In this document: positions 5,696 to 16,399 of the stretch, in pieces
Numbering within the stretch: position 1 is the first letter of the stretch
How the letters are laid out: the number at the start of each line of letters is the position of its first letter
DNA from: Candidatus Bathyarchaeota archaeon
Lineage (GTDB): Archaea > Thermoproteota > Bathyarchaeia > RBG-16-48-13 > JAGMEO01
Assembly: GCA_023128135.1 (NCBI GenBank)
Contig: JAGMEO010000001.1
Span: 1 to 29,955, forward strand
Length of the DNA stretch: 29,955 nt
Reading direction: 5' to 3'
Position numbers and translations under genes: made by a program
Notes under the pieces: generated by a model
What the model was told of the DNA's origin: nothing
The model's input: the letters and a program-made list of their open reading frames with translations, nothing else
Databases searched by the model: none

Positions 5696-8600
5696 GTGTT
5701 GAATAATTTGCAATCATCAAAATTAGACCTTTGGATTTTAATGAAAAAATATATTGAAGAAAAAGGCTTGGTTAGGCAGCATCTTGATTCATATAATGAT
5801 TTTATAGATACGGGTTTACAGGAAATAGTGAGCGAGGTAGGGAAAATTCAGGTAGAAGCCCAAGATTATCCTTTTGAAGTTAAGCTTGGGAAGATTGAGG
5901 CCACTTGTCCACGAATTGTAGAGGTAGATGGTTCAGATCACACAATTTATCCGATGGAAACTCGGCTAAGAAATCTAACTTATTCTGCTCCTCTATACCT
6001 TGAAATGATACCTGTAAAAGACGGGTGTGAAGGGCTCTCAGAAACTGTTTACATCGGTAATTTTCCAGTTATGTTAAAGTCTAAACTATGTCCTCTTTCT
6101 AAGATGACTCCAGAGGAGCTAATTAAGGCAGGTGAGGATTCAAACGATCCTGGCGGGTACTTTATTGTTAATGGTTCAGAAAGAGTGACTGTTGCAATGG
6201 AGGACTTAGCCCCAAATAGAATATTGGTTGACATCGACGATAGTGGAACTAAGCCTGTTTACAGGGCAAAAGTCTTCTCAACGACGGTTGGCTTTAGAGC
6301 AAGAATTGAAATAAAAATGAAGCATAGTGGAGGTATCTATGTTTCTATACCGGGCGTTCCATCTGAGCTCCCAATAATTATATTGATGAGAGCTTTAAAC
6401 CTGGAGTCAGATAAAGATATAGTAACATTGATTTCAAGCGATGAAAAAATCCAGGACCAGCTTGAACCCTCTTTTGATGAAGTTCAAGGAATAAGTACAA
6501 CTCAGAATGCAATAGCGTATATTGGTAATAGAGTCGCCTATGGTCAAATTGAGGAGTATAGGATTAAAAGGGCTGAGAGCATTTTAAGTAGGAACTTTTT
6601 TCCTCACATAGGTCAAACAAACGAACACCATTTGGAGAAAGCAAGATTTCTAGGAGAAATGGTTTTAAGGGTTATTGAATTAAAACTGGGACGCAGAAAG
6701 GAAGATGATAGGGATCATTATGCAAATAAACGATTGAGATTAGCTGGGCCTCTTCTATCAGACCTCTTTAGGATAGCCTTTCGAAGTCTATGCAGAGACA
6801 TAAAATATCAATTAGACCGTATGAGTATCAGAAGAAAAGCCCTCTCAATTCCTACCGCAGTAAGACCTGGAATAGTAACAGATCGTATGAACCATGCTTT
6901 GGCAACAGGAAACTGGGGACGAGGAAGAGTTGGAATGACACAGCTCTTAGATCGTAAAAATTTTATATCAACCTTAAGTCACTTAAGACGTCTCCAATCT
7001 CCTCTTAGTAGAAGTCAACCAAACTTCGAAGCTAGAGATTTACATCCAACTCATTGGGGACGTCTTTGTCCCAATGAAACACCTGAAGGTTCAAACTGTG
7101 GTCTGGTAAAAAACCTAGCTCTTATGGCATCCATTTCTGTTGCTGCTGATACTGATAAGGTTATACGTTTCTTAAGTCATCTAGGTGTAGTATCTACAAC
7201 TAAACCTATTTCAGAGGATGAGGAAGTTTATGCAAAAATCTTTGTTGATGGCTCTCTAATCGGATACCATAATGATCCAGTTTCCTTAGTGAGAGCTTTT
7301 AGGAAGGCTCGTAGGCATGGAGAAATAGATCCAGAGGTTAACATTGTTTACTACTCTGAACACAAAAGAAAGGTCTCCCCTATAATTTTCGTGAATTGTA
7401 ATGTTGGAAGAATACGACGGCCATTAATAATAATAGAAAATGGCGAATCCAAACTCACACTCGAACAAATCACGAGACTAAAAAAAGGAGAAATCACTTT
7501 TGATGATCTTATATTAGAAGGTAGTATAGAATATCTAGACGCAGAGGAAGAAGAAAACGCATATGTGGCTTTAAACCATGAAAGCTTAACATCCAAGCAC
7601 ACCCATCTAGAAATTGCATCTTACACAATACTTGGCATATGTGCATCAACAATCCCATATGCTGAGCATAATCAGTCTCCTAGAAACTCCTATGAAGCAG
7701 CGATGGCTAAACAAGCTTTGGGTGTTTATTCAATTAACTACTTCAACAGAGCAGACTCGCGATCACACTTCCTTCATTATCCCCAAAAACCACTAGTAAC
7801 AACAAAACCAATGGAAGTCTTACACTACAACGAAAAACCATCTGGACAAAACTGTATAGTAGCTGTTCTATCCTGCAAAGGCTATAATATGGAAGACGCT
7901 ATCGTATTAAACAAATCTTCAATACAACGGGGTATGTTTAGATCCTTTTTCTATCGGGTCTATGTTGCAGAAGGGAGACAGTACCTCGGTGGATTAAAAG
8001 ATAAATTTGAAACTCCATCTTCTGACATAAGGGGCTTCAGAGGAGAACAATATTATAAACTACTTGAAGAAGACGGTGTTATTGGCGTAGAATCTCTTGT
8101 TGATGGGAGCGAGGTACTTATCGGCAGAACAAGTCCACCTCGCTTCTTAGAAGAATATAAGGAGTTTGAACTCAAAGGTCCTACAAGAAGAGACACCTCT
8201 ATTACTATGAGATCTGCCGAAGCAGGAACTGTTGATGAAGTATTTCTAATGGTTTCAGCTCAAGGCAATCGGCTGGTTAAGGTTAAGGCTCGGGATCAAA
8301 GAATCCCGGAGCTAGGAGATAAATTTGCTTCTCGACACGGACAGAAGGGAGTAATCGGCATGGTTATTCCTCATGTTGACATGCCTTTTACAGAAGATGG
8401 CATTGTTCCAGACATAATAATTAATCCTCACGCCTTCCCTTCTAGAATGACTGTGGGACAGTTTGTTGAGTCTATTTCAGGTAAAGTTGCAGCCTTAGAT
8501 GGTGAAGTCATGGATGGAACGCCTTTCTACAGTTTGACAGTGGATGAGATAAGGAAAAAACTCTTTAGTCTAGGCTTTCAGCACAGTGGCAGAGAAGTTA

Positions 8601-9052
8601 TGTATGATGGTTTGACCGGGAAAAAATACGAAGCAACCATCTTTATTGGTGTCGTATACTACCAGAAACTCCATCATATGGTAGCAGATAAAATACATGC
8701 AAGGGCGAGAGGACAAGTACAGATGCTTACCCGGCAACCCACTGAAGGAAGAGCTAGGGGCGGAGGTTTACGATTCGGGGAAATGGAAAGAGACTGTCTA
8801 ATAGGATATGGTGCATCTCTTCTTCTGAAAGATAGGCTTTTGGACGAGTCAGATAGAACAATCATATATGCTTGTGAGAAATGTGGTTTCATCGGATTCT
8901 ATGACTTTAAGAAAAGAAAGTATATTTGCAGAGTGTGTGGAGAGAACACTGTTATTTCCCCTATTGTTGTCTCCTACGCTTTTAAACTTCTATTACAAGA
9001 GTTAATGAGTCTGGCTATTGCACCAAGAATGAAGCTTGGAGGACGAGCGTAA
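5696..9052 (+). CDS. rpoB: DNA-directed RNA polymerase subunit B (Rpo2, unsplit)
   Basis: LVRQHLDSYN, DKFASRHGQKG, KLHHMVADKIHARARG, GGLRFGEMERD and a C-terminal Zn ribbon; 1118 aa, no intein. Confidence 0.97.
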   Translation: MLNNLQSSKLDLWILMKKYIEEKGLVRQHLDSYNDFIDTGLQEIVSEVGKIQVEAQDYPFEVKLGKIEATCPRIVEVDGSDHTIYPMETRLRNLTYSAPLYLEMIPVKDGCEGLSETVYIGNFPVMLKSKLCPLSKMTPEELIKAGEDSNDPGGYFIVNGSERVTVAMEDLAPNRILVDIDDSGTKPVYRAKVFSTTVGFRARIEIKMKHSGGIYVSIPGVPSELPIIILMRALNLESDKDIVTLISSDEKIQDQLEPSFDEVQGISTTQNAIAYIGNRVAYGQIEEYRIKRAESILSRNFFPHIGQTNEHHLEKARFLGEMVLRVIELKLGRRKEDDRDHYANKRLRLAGPLLSDLFRIAFRSLCRDIKYQLDRMSIRRKALSIPTAVRPGIVTDRMNHALATGNWGRGRVGMTQLLDRKNFISTLSHLRRLQSPLSRSQPNFEARDLHPTHWGRLCPNETPEGSNCGLVKNLALMASISVAADTDKVIRFLSHLGVVSTTKPISEDEEVYAKIFVDGSLIGYHNDPVSLVRAFRKARRHGEIDPEVNIVYYSEHKRKVSPIIFVNCNVGRIRRPLIIIENGESKLTLEQITRLKKGEITFDDLILEGSIEYLDAEEEENAYVALNHESLTSKHTHLEIASYTILGICASTIPYAEHNQSPRNSYEAAMAKQALGVYSINYFNRADSRSHFLHYPQKPLVTTKPMEVLHYNEKPSGQNCIVAVLSCKGYNMEDAIVLNKSSIQRGMFRSFFYRVYVAEGRQYLGGLKDKFETPSSDIRGFRGEQYYKLLEEDGVIGVESLVDGSEVLIGRTSPPRFLEEYKEFELKGPTRRDTSITMRSAEAGTVDEVFLMVSAQGNRLVKVKARDQRIPELGDKFASRHGQKGVIGMVIPHVDMPFTEDGIVPDIIINPHAFPSRMTVGQFVESISGKVAALDGEVMDGTPFYSLTVDEIRKKLFSLGFQHSGREVMYDGLTGKKYEATIFIGVVYYQKLHHMVADKIHARARGQVQMLTRQPTEGRARGGGLRFGEMERDCLIGYGASLLLKDRLLDESDRTIIYACEKCGFIGFYDFKKRKYICRVCGENTVISPIVVSYAFKLLLQELMSLAIAPRMKLGGRA

Positions 9053-9053
9053 A

Positions 9054-12000
9054 ATGTCAGAAGAAGCAGAGCTTTCTAAAGTGTTAGAACAGATAAGTTT
9101 TGGTCTTCTGTCTCCAAGTGAGATCAGAAAACTCTCAGTTGTTGAGATTAAGACTGCTGACACTTACGATGAAGATGGAGCACCAATAACATCAGGACTT
9201 ATGGATGGACGTTTGGGAACACTTGAACCCAGACAAAGATGTAAAACCTGTGGTAATACTGCGGCACGTTGTCCTGGACACTTTGGTAACATCGAATTAG
9301 CTGTTCCAGTCATTCATGTAGAATTTGCCAAGATCATTTACAAATTGTTGACAACCGTATGTCGAAGTTGTGGTCATGTTCTCCTATCCACTGAAAATAT
9401 TAATCAATATCGTGAGAAGATGAAAAATGAAGAACAATCGCTTGGTTCCATTTCAAAGACTATGTATAAAAAAATTGAAAAAAACGCGAAAAAAAATACA
9501 ATATGTCCACATTGTGGTGCGAAACAATTAAAGATCAAGTTTAGCAAGCCAACAACCTTTCATGAAATACTTGAAGATGGTGGAGTTCGAAAACTTAATG
9601 CAAGTATAATAAGGGAGCGACTTGAACGAATTCCAGACAATGAGCTTGACATTCTAGGCTTCAATTCAAACGTGGCAAGGCCTGACTGGATGATTCTTCA
9701 TACGTTGCCAGTACCACCTGTTTATGTCCGTCCTTCTATAACTCTTGAATCTGGGATAAGATCTGAAGATGATCTAACTCACAAACTCGTAGACATCATA
9801 AGAATAAATCAAAGATTGAAGGAAAACATAGACGCTGGAGCACCAACCTTAATAATTCAAGACTTATCGGAACTTCTTCAATACCATGTTACAACATATT
9901 TCAATAATGAGGCTTCAGGGATTCCACCAGCAAGGCATAGGTCTGGAAGACCTTTAAAAACCATATCTCAAAGGTTAAAGGGTAAAGAGGGGAGATTTAG
10001 AAGTAACCTCTCTGGAAAAAGAGTAGACTTCTCTGCACGTACAGTAATATCGCCTGATCCCAACATTGGTATAAATGAAGTTGGTGTTCCCTATGCTGTT
10101 GCAAAGCAACTTACAATTCCTGTAAAAGTGACACTTTTTAATATTGATGAGATGAAGAGACTAATAATAAATGGTCCAGATAAATATCCAGGTGCCATTT
10201 ACGTTGTGAGGCCAGATGGTAAACGCTTAAGATTGGAGTTCGTTACAGAACGAGAAAAAATTGCAGAAGCCATACAACCAGGCTTCACAGTCGAACGTCA
10301 TCTAAGAAACGGAGACATTGTAATATTTAATAGACAACCTTCTCTGCACAGAATGTCTATTATGGCTCATCATGTTAAGGTACTGCCTTACAAAACCTTT
10401 AGACTAAATCTGTGTGTATGTGTACCTTACAATGCTGATTTTGATGGTGATGAAATGAACCTCCATGTCCCTCAAAGCACTGAGGCTAGAACAGAGGCTC
10501 ATATGCTCATGAGGGTTCAAGATCAAATTCTTTCACCTCGTTATGGAGGGCCAATAATTGGCGCTATTCGTGATCATATAAGTGCAGCTTTTCTTCTCAC
10601 CAGTGATTTCACAAAGTTTGGAAAGGAAGAAGTATACCATCTCCTAACAGCAGTCGGATATGACGGTCCTATGCCTAAGCCAAAGATTAAAGGTAAAAAA
10701 CCATTGTGGACAGGCAAACAAATTTTCAGTCTCTTCCTTCCAGAAGGATTCAATTACACATTGAAGTCGAGCATATGTAGACATTGCTCTGTATGTCTCC
10801 AAGAAAAATGTAAGAACGATGCTTTTGTCGTAGTAAGAAATGGAGAGTTAAAGAAAGGTGTTATAGATAAAAACTCAATTGGCGCTGAAAGATCTGAAAG
10901 TATGTTTCACAGAATCGTAAAAGACTATGGAACAGAAGCAGGAAAGACATTTCTGAACTCTATGAGTAGACTTCTTACAGAATTCATCTCTATTCTAGGC
11001 TTCACCTTTTCAATCGATGAACTAGACCTTTCAGATAGAGCAAAGAAAAAGATTAGGAGTGTCCTTGAAAGAGCTGAAAAAGAAGTTCAAGAATTGATTC
11101 AAAAATACAGGAATAAAAGTCTCAAGAGACTTGCTGGAAAAACACTCGAGGAATCCCTCGAGATATATATAATGAATAAGCTAGCTCAAGCAAGAGATGA
11201 AGCTGGAAAAGTGGCTGACCGCTTCTTCACTATTGAAAATCATGGAATAATAATGACTAAAACGGGAGCGAGAGGATCAAATCTTAACATAGGGCAAATG
11301 GCTGCTTGTTTAGGACAACAATCAGTAAGAGGAAAGCGAATCACCCTTGGATATAAGGGTCGAACACTCTCCCACTTCAAAATAGACGATCCGAGTCCAG
11401 AGGCTAGAGGTTTTGTTAATGCATCTTACAGAACAGGGCTAAACCCAACGGAGTTCTTCTTCCACGCTATGGGTGGAAGAGAGGGTCTGGTAGATACTGC
11501 GGTACGAACACAACAAAGCGGATATATGCAACGTAGACTCATAAACGCTCTGGAACAGCTGCGGGTTGAATATGATGAAACTGTTAGAAACTCTGTAGGA
11601 GACATAATTAGTTTCAAACACGGTGATGACGGTGTTGACCCCGCTAAGAGTGATCATGGGAAAGCGGTAAACATAGAAAGACTAGTTGAGACTATTAAAT
11701 TAACTACTCGAGATGGAAAACCAGTTTCCAAAAATTACATTGAAAAACAGGTTAATGAACTAGATGCCGAACTTTCTCCGGCACTCCAAAACGAGCTTAA
11801 AAAACAATTATTAAAAGTGAAATTGGGCAGAAAAGGTGTCAACAAAGCAATATTCGCTACTGTAAAAAACTTTAAAAGAACGCTTGTAGAGCCTGGTGAA
11901 GCAGTTGGCATAGTTGCGGCTCAATCTATTGGAGAACCTGGAACCCAGATGACATTACGTACTTTCCATTATGCTGGAGTAAAGGAGATGAACGTCACTT

Positions 12001-12869
12001 TAGGCCTCCCTCGTTTAATCGAGATTGTTGACGCTCGTCGATCACCATCAACTCCAATAATGACAATTCCATTAGATAAGGAACATAAAGTGAGTAAAGA
12101 AAAGGCAACTGAAATTGCACATAAAATCCTTTCGACAACAATCGAGGACGTGGCAAAAAAAGTATACATTGACTCAGAGCAAGCAGCAATAGTAATAGTG
12201 CTTGATAAAGACACGATGAAGGCTTATGATATAACTTTAGAAAAACTTCATGCACTTCTTTCATTTCCCAACTGTAATGTAAAGGTTGACGGAGAAACTA
12301 TTCTAGTAACTTCAAAGAAAACTGATCAAGATCTTCGAAAATTATTGGCAAAAACATCATCAGTACATGTCAGGGGAGTCCCTGATATACGTAAAGTCTT
12401 AATAACCGAAGAAGGAAACGAGTGGCGGCTGAATACAGATGGCTCTAACCTTTCGAAGACACTTGCGATTTCGGGTATAGACCCAACTAGAACAGTAACA
12501 AACAACATCCATGAAATAGCTAAGAGCCTAGGTATAGAAGCAGCTAGAAACTCTATCATACGAGAGGCATTCAATGTTCTTGGGGAACAAGGTCTTGACG
12601 TTGATCTAAGGCACATAATGTTAGTAGCTGACATCATGACGCACACTGGGGAGATTCGTCAAATAGGAAGACACGGAGTTAGTGGGCAAAAATCAAGTAT
12701 CCTTGCAAGAGCTGCTTTTGAAATTACTCTACCAACCATTGTTGAAGCAGCTACCAAAGGCTCTTCAGATAGACTTAATGGAGTCACAGAATCTGTAATT
12801 GTGGGTCAAAATATACCTATCGGCACTGGGCTCATCGAGTTGTACATGGGAGGCACAAAGAAATCTTAA
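9054..12869 (+). CDS. rpoA: DNA-directed RNA polymerase subunit A (Rpo1, fused A'+A'')
   Basis: NADFDGD catalytic motif, and A''-type motifs (AAQSIGEPGTQMTLRTFH, TLGLPRLIE) in the same ORF. ATG 9054 follows a GGAGGA SD. Confidence 0.96.
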   Translation: MSEEAELSKVLEQISFGLLSPSEIRKLSVVEIKTADTYDEDGAPITSGLMDGRLGTLEPRQRCKTCGNTAARCPGHFGNIELAVPVIHVEFAKIIYKLLTTVCRSCGHVLLSTENINQYREKMKNEEQSLGSISKTMYKKIEKNAKKNTICPHCGAKQLKIKFSKPTTFHEILEDGGVRKLNASIIRERLERIPDNELDILGFNSNVARPDWMILHTLPVPPVYVRPSITLESGIRSEDDLTHKLVDIIRINQRLKENIDAGAPTLIIQDLSELLQYHVTTYFNNEASGIPPARHRSGRPLKTISQRLKGKEGRFRSNLSGKRVDFSARTVISPDPNIGINEVGVPYAVAKQLTIPVKVTLFNIDEMKRLIINGPDKYPGAIYVVRPDGKRLRLEFVTEREKIAEAIQPGFTVERHLRNGDIVIFNRQPSLHRMSIMAHHVKVLPYKTFRLNLCVCVPYNADFDGDEMNLHVPQSTEARTEAHMLMRVQDQILSPRYGGPIIGAIRDHISAAFLLTSDFTKFGKEEVYHLLTAVGYDGPMPKPKIKGKKPLWTGKQIFSLFLPEGFNYTLKSSICRHCSVCLQEKCKNDAFVVVRNGELKKGVIDKNSIGAERSESMFHRIVKDYGTEAGKTFLNSMSRLLTEFISILGFTFSIDELDLSDRAKKKIRSVLERAEKEVQELIQKYRNKSLKRLAGKTLEESLEIYIMNKLAQARDEAGKVADRFFTIENHGIIMTKTGARGSNLNIGQMAACLGQQSVRGKRITLGYKGRTLSHFKIDDPSPEARGFVNASYRTGLNPTEFFFHAMGGREGLVDTAVRTQQSGYMQRRLINALEQLRVEYDETVRNSVGDIISFKHGDDGVDPAKSDHGKAVNIERLVETIKLTTRDGKPVSKNYIEKQVNELDAELSPALQNELKKQLLKVKLGRKGVNKAIFATVKNFKRTLVEPGEAVGIVAAQSIGEPGTQMTLRTFHYAGVKEMNVTLGLPRLIEIVDARRSPSTPIMTIPLDKEHKVSKEKATEIAHKILSTTIEDVAKKVYIDSEQAAIVIVLDKDTMKAYDITLEKLHALLSFPNCNVKVDGETILVTSKKTDQDLRKLLAKTSSVHVRGVPDIRKVLITEEGNEWRLNTDGSNLSKTLAISGIDPTRTVTNNIHEIAKSLGIEAARNSIIREAFNVLGEQGLDVDLRHIMLVADIMTHTGEIRQIGRHGVSGQKSSILARAAFEITLPTIVEAATKGSSDRLNGVTESVIVGQNIPIGTGLIELYMGGTKKS

Positions 12870-12931
12870 TGAAACATAATAATTTATTTTATACATAAAC
12901 CCCTCATAGACACAAAGGGAGAAGCTATACC

Positions 12932-13249
12932 TTGGTGGAATTCGAAAAGTCGTTAAAAACAGTCTTCAAAACAGGTAAGGTGATAATAGGCTCTAAGCAA
13001 GCCTTAAATTTAACAAAAGCGGGAAAAGCAAAGATGGTCATTCTTAGCTCAAACTGTCCTGAAAACGTCAAGAAAAACATTCAAAATTACTCTCAAATCT
13101 CCAAAATACCAGTTTACATTTCTACCTTCCACAGTAAAGACTTGAGAAGAATCTGTGGAAAACCCTTTAATGTTTCCGCCATAACTATTAGAGATATTGG
13201 AGACTCTGACATATTGAAATTGGTGAAATCTGATGTTAACAGGGATTAA
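12932..13249 (+). CDS. rpl30e: Ribosomal protein L30e
   Basis: TGKVIIGSKQAL..AKMVILSSNCP; conserved position after rpoA. Confidence 0.93.
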   Translation: MVEFEKSLKTVFKTGKVIIGSKQALNLTKAGKAKMVILSSNCPENVKKNIQNYSQISKIPVYISTFHSKDLRRICGKPFNVSAITIRDIGDSDILKLVKSDVNRD

Positions 13250-13670
13250 ACTAACAGGCGACGAGATGCGTTATATAGCGTTATTTGAGAGCATCACAGG
13301 TGCCATTGCAAAAGATTGTATAATTGACAATAAATTAAATAGAATAGTGTTTGTTGTAAAACCTGGAAATATTGGCCTTGCTGTTGGAAAACAAGGCGTA
13401 CACGTTAAAGCACTTCGGCGAATGATCGGAAAAGATGTTGAGTTGGTTGAATATGCTGATAACCTCAACACATTTATAAAACACGCATTCGCTCCAGCCA
13501 AGGTTAATGAGCTTCGTGTTACAGATAGACCTGATGGCAAAAAGATGGTTGTTGTCATAATCGAATCTAAAGATAAAGGAATTGCAATAGGCAAAAATGG
13601 GAAGAACGCTGAAAAAACACGTTTTCTCGTAAAAAGATATTTTAACATAGACAACGTTGTCATAAGATAA
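13233..13670 (+). CDS. nusA: Transcription factor NusA (archaeal, KH domains)
   Basis: IALFESITGAIAKDC, GLAVGKQG, GIAIGKNGKN. Confidence 0.95.
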   Translation: MLTGIKLTGDEMRYIALFESITGAIAKDCIIDNKLNRIVFVVKPGNIGLAVGKQGVHVKALRRMIGKDVELVEYADNLNTFIKHAFAPAKVNELRVTDRPDGKKMVVVIIESKDKGIAIGKNGKNAEKTRFLVKRYFNIDNVVIR

Positions 13671-13773
13671 TGACAAAGCTGTGATTTTTCATGACCGCAT
13701 CTTTTAAGGTTTAAAATAAACATAAACAATAAATAAATCTTGAACAACCAAAGTACTGAAATGATGATTTTAA

Positions 13774-14214
13774 ATGGGTAAAAAATCTCCGAAAGGCCTC
13801 TTTGCTGCAAGAAAATTAAAACGTAAACGTCAACATTTCAGATGGAAAGATCATTACTATAAAAGAAGAGTCCTTAAACTTAATGTCAAATCAGACCCTC
13901 TTGAAAGCGCTCCTCAAGGAAGATGTATAGTGCTAGCGAAAGTAGGAGTGGAAAGTAAACAGCCCAACAGCGCTATTAGAAAGTGTGTTAGAGTTCAAAT
14001 TATAAAAAACGGTCGGCAGGTCACAGCCTTTCTTCCTGGAGATGGAGCACTTAATTATATAGATGAACATGACGAAGTAATGATCTGTGGAATTGGAGGA
14101 CCCAGAGGGGGCGCGATGGGAGATATCCCTGGCGTTAGATACAAAGTCATAAGCGTTAATGGAGCTTCATTAAAATCGCTAATATTGGGAAAGATTGAGA
14201 AACCCACTAGATAA
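13774..14214 (+). CDS. rps12: Ribosomal protein uS12
   Basis: [14 protein letters not shown] and [10 protein letters not shown]. Confidence 0.97.
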   Translation: MGKKSPKGLFAARKLKRKRQHFRWKDHYYKRRVLKLNVKSDPLESAPQGRCIVLAKVGVESKQPNSAIRKCVRVQIIKNGRQVTAFLPGDGALNYIDEHDEVMICGIGGPRGGAMGDIPGVRYKVISVNGASLKSLILGKIEKPTR

Positions 14215-14263
14215 GCAATAATAGGCTATTTTTAATGTTAATGTTCTAAATAAAATCCCGCTT

Positions 14264-14854
14264 TTAACGTGATGATAAAGCAATCCTTTCCATTTCATTC
14301 TTTTTTTGAACAGCGTAGCTTCTATTATCACCATCTGAAGCAGGGATAAGTTCATCTGCTAAACATTCTTCAATAGTTTTAGGAGTGCCAAAGGATGCTT
14401 TTCTTGCACCTTCAGATATGAATCTTAATGCTAAGTCTATTCGTCGTTGAGGAGCTATGTCAACTGACATGTGATATACGATGCCACCAAAACTGATTCG
14501 AGTTGTATCTTCGCAGGGTGCAGTATTCTCTACAGCCCTAACTAATACTTCAACAGGGTTTCTTCCTGCTTTTAGATTGATAATTTCGAAAGCGTCTTTC
14601 ACAATTTTTATTGCTTTAGCTTTCTTGCCTCCATTCAGTCCATGTCGCATCATATTGTTTACAAGCCTTTCTGTAATTGCGACCTTCGATTTTCCAAATT
14701 TTTTGTGTTCATGTCTACCTCCACTATGCGGTAAATAGGTTGTTCCTAAGCTCAAATAACGTTTTAGACCATTGTCTTTTAATTCAATGTCATCAGTTAG
14801 CCATTTACCGAATAACTTAGTATTACTTGAATCCTTTTTCTCAGTCACTATCAT
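14264..14854 (-). CDS. rps7: Ribosomal protein uS7, inverted relative to rps12 and tuf
   Basis: KLFGKW, ERLVNNMMRHG, NPVEVLVRAVEN, VDIAPQRRIDLALRFI, ERIALSSR. ATG 14854 follows a GAGGAG SD. Confidence 0.96.
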   Translation of the reverse strand: MIVTEKKDSSNTKLFGKWLTDDIELKDNGLKRYLSLGTTYLPHSGGRHEHKKFGKSKVAITERLVNNMMRHGLNGGKKAKAIKIVKDAFEIINLKAGRNPVEVLVRAVENTAPCEDTTRISFGGIVYHMSVDIAPQRRIDLALRFISEGARKASFGTPKTIEECLADELIPASDGDNRSYAVQKKNEMERIALSSR

Positions 14855-14898
14855 GGAGCTCCTCATTAATTTAGGAAGTTCGTCTAACCGTAATTCTT

Positions 14899-14914
14899 AA
14901 TATAAACTTTATTA
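14899..14914 (-). promoter_or_regulatory. Putative BRE/TATA for the inverted rps7
   Basis: Minus strand TAATAAAG-TTTATATT, 45 nt upstream of the rps7 ATG. Confidence 0.5.
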
Positions 14915-14982
14915 TCTAAATGTTAATCCTTATCTACTAGTAAGTTAAATCTAAAAAAGAAATAGGAACATGGTGAAAACAT

Positions 14983-16287
14983 TTGAGTAAAGAGAAACCA
15001 CACTTAAACATGGTTATAATTGGTCACGTAGATCATGGAAAAAGCACCTCGGTAGGCCATTTACTACTTAAAACGGGTGCTGTCAGTGACAGAGACATAA
15101 AGGAACAGCGAGCAGAAGCTTCCAAATATGGTGTTTCTCCAGACGAAGTTTCTTTTGCTTGGGTTCTTGATAAACTCAAGGAAGAAAGAGAAAGAGGTAT
15201 GACAATAGATCTGGCATTTTGGAAGTTTGAGACAGATAAATATGTCTTCACAGTTATCGACGCGCCAGGTCATAGGGATTTTGTCAAAAACATGATAACT
15301 GGAACAAGTCAAGCTGATGCTGCTCTACTTGTAGTTTCAGCTAAGACGGGAGGTTACGAGGCTGGTACAGGCCCAGGTGGTCAGACAAGAGAACATATTT
15401 TCCTAGCATACACTCTCGGAGTTAAACAGCTAGTTGTAGCAATAAATAAAATGGATGAGAAAACAGTTCAATGGAAGCAAGAAAGATTCGAGGAAGTAAG
15501 AGATGGAATCAGAGACCTACTTAAGATGACAGGATACAACCCTGACAAAATACAAGTTATTCCAATATCTGGCTTAAAAGGAGACAACCTAGTTGAACCG
15601 AGCGAAAATATGCCCTGGTATAAAGGACTTACATTAATCAAAACATTTGACACATTCACTGTTCCTCCGCAGCCTCTGGACAAACCGTTGAGAATGCCAA
15701 TTCAAGATGTCTATGCAATCACCGGTGTGGGAACAGTGCCAGTTGGACGAGTCGAAACAGGCGTACTTAAAGTGGGCGACATTCTTGTCTTCATGCCAAC
15801 AGGAGCTAAAGGGGAAGTTAAAAGTATAGAAGCTCATCATGTAGAGATGCCGAAAGCAGTTCCAGGAGACAACATTGGCTTAAATATAAAGGGGATATCA
15901 CGAAAAGATATTCATAGAGGTGACGTTGCAGGTCACGAGTCAGATCCACCAACAGTTGCTAAAGAGTTTACAGGCCAGATAGTAGTGATTAACCATCCTA
16001 CAGCAATAGCACAGGGATACACGCCAGTATTACACGCACACACCGCTACGATGGCTACAACTTTTTCGGAGTTGATAACAAAATTGGATCCAAGAACTGG
16101 TCAAGTAGTAGAGGAAAAACCAGCATTCTTGAAAACTGGAGATGGCGCAGTTGTCAAGCTGCGACCATTGAGACCACTAGTCATTGAAGAATATGCTAAA
16201 CTACCCCAGATAGGAAGGTTCGCTATTCGGGATATGGGCACAACTATCGCCGCAGGCATCGTGAAAGAGATCACAGAGAAAGCCTAA
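14983..16287 (+). CDS. tuf: Translation elongation factor EF-1alpha
   Basis: GHVDHGKST, EERERGMTID, DAPGHRDFVKNMITG, NKMD, GRFAIRDMG. TTG start after a GGTGA SD. Confidence 0.97.
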   Translation: MSKEKPHLNMVIIGHVDHGKSTSVGHLLLKTGAVSDRDIKEQRAEASKYGVSPDEVSFAWVLDKLKEERERGMTIDLAFWKFETDKYVFTVIDAPGHRDFVKNMITGTSQADAALLVVSAKTGGYEAGTGPGGQTREHIFLAYTLGVKQLVVAINKMDEKTVQWKQERFEEVRDGIRDLLKMTGYNPDKIQVIPISGLKGDNLVEPSENMPWYKGLTLIKTFDTFTVPPQPLDKPLRMPIQDVYAITGVGTVPVGRVETGVLKVGDILVFMPTGAKGEVKSIEAHHVEMPKAVPGDNIGLNIKGISRKDIHRGDVAGHESDPPTVAKEFTGQIVVINHPTAIAQGYTPVLHAHTATMATTFSELITKLDPRTGQVVEEKPAFLKTGDGAVVKLRPLRPLVIEEYAKLPQIGRFAIRDMGTTIAAGIVKEITEKA

Positions 16288-16399
16288 TCTTCCCTTTATA
16301 TCTCACATTTTTATTATAAAACTGATTCAACACATTTTCTAGATTAAACATAAACACAACAGTTCCAGATTTGAATTTTCCATAAAAAAGTGAAGTTAT

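Noticed and set aside
5696-12869. Inteins or introns in rpoB/rpoA
   Set aside because: Lengths are typical, frames are uninterrupted, and no intein motifs were seen.
13271-13810. 179-aa minus-strand ORF and the other short antisense or overlapping ORFs in the track
   Set aside because: They shadow well-conserved genes (nusA, rpo, tuf, r-proteins) and have no recognisable motifs.
14214-14930. AATGTTAAT on both sides of rps7 as recombination sites
   Set aside because: The copies are direct rather than inverted and are low-complexity AT-rich sequence, so they cannot explain an inversion.
14855-14982. Absence of EF-2 between rps7 and tuf
   Set aside because: EF-2 is commonly located elsewhere in TACK archaea (for example Sulfolobus), so this is not unusual.
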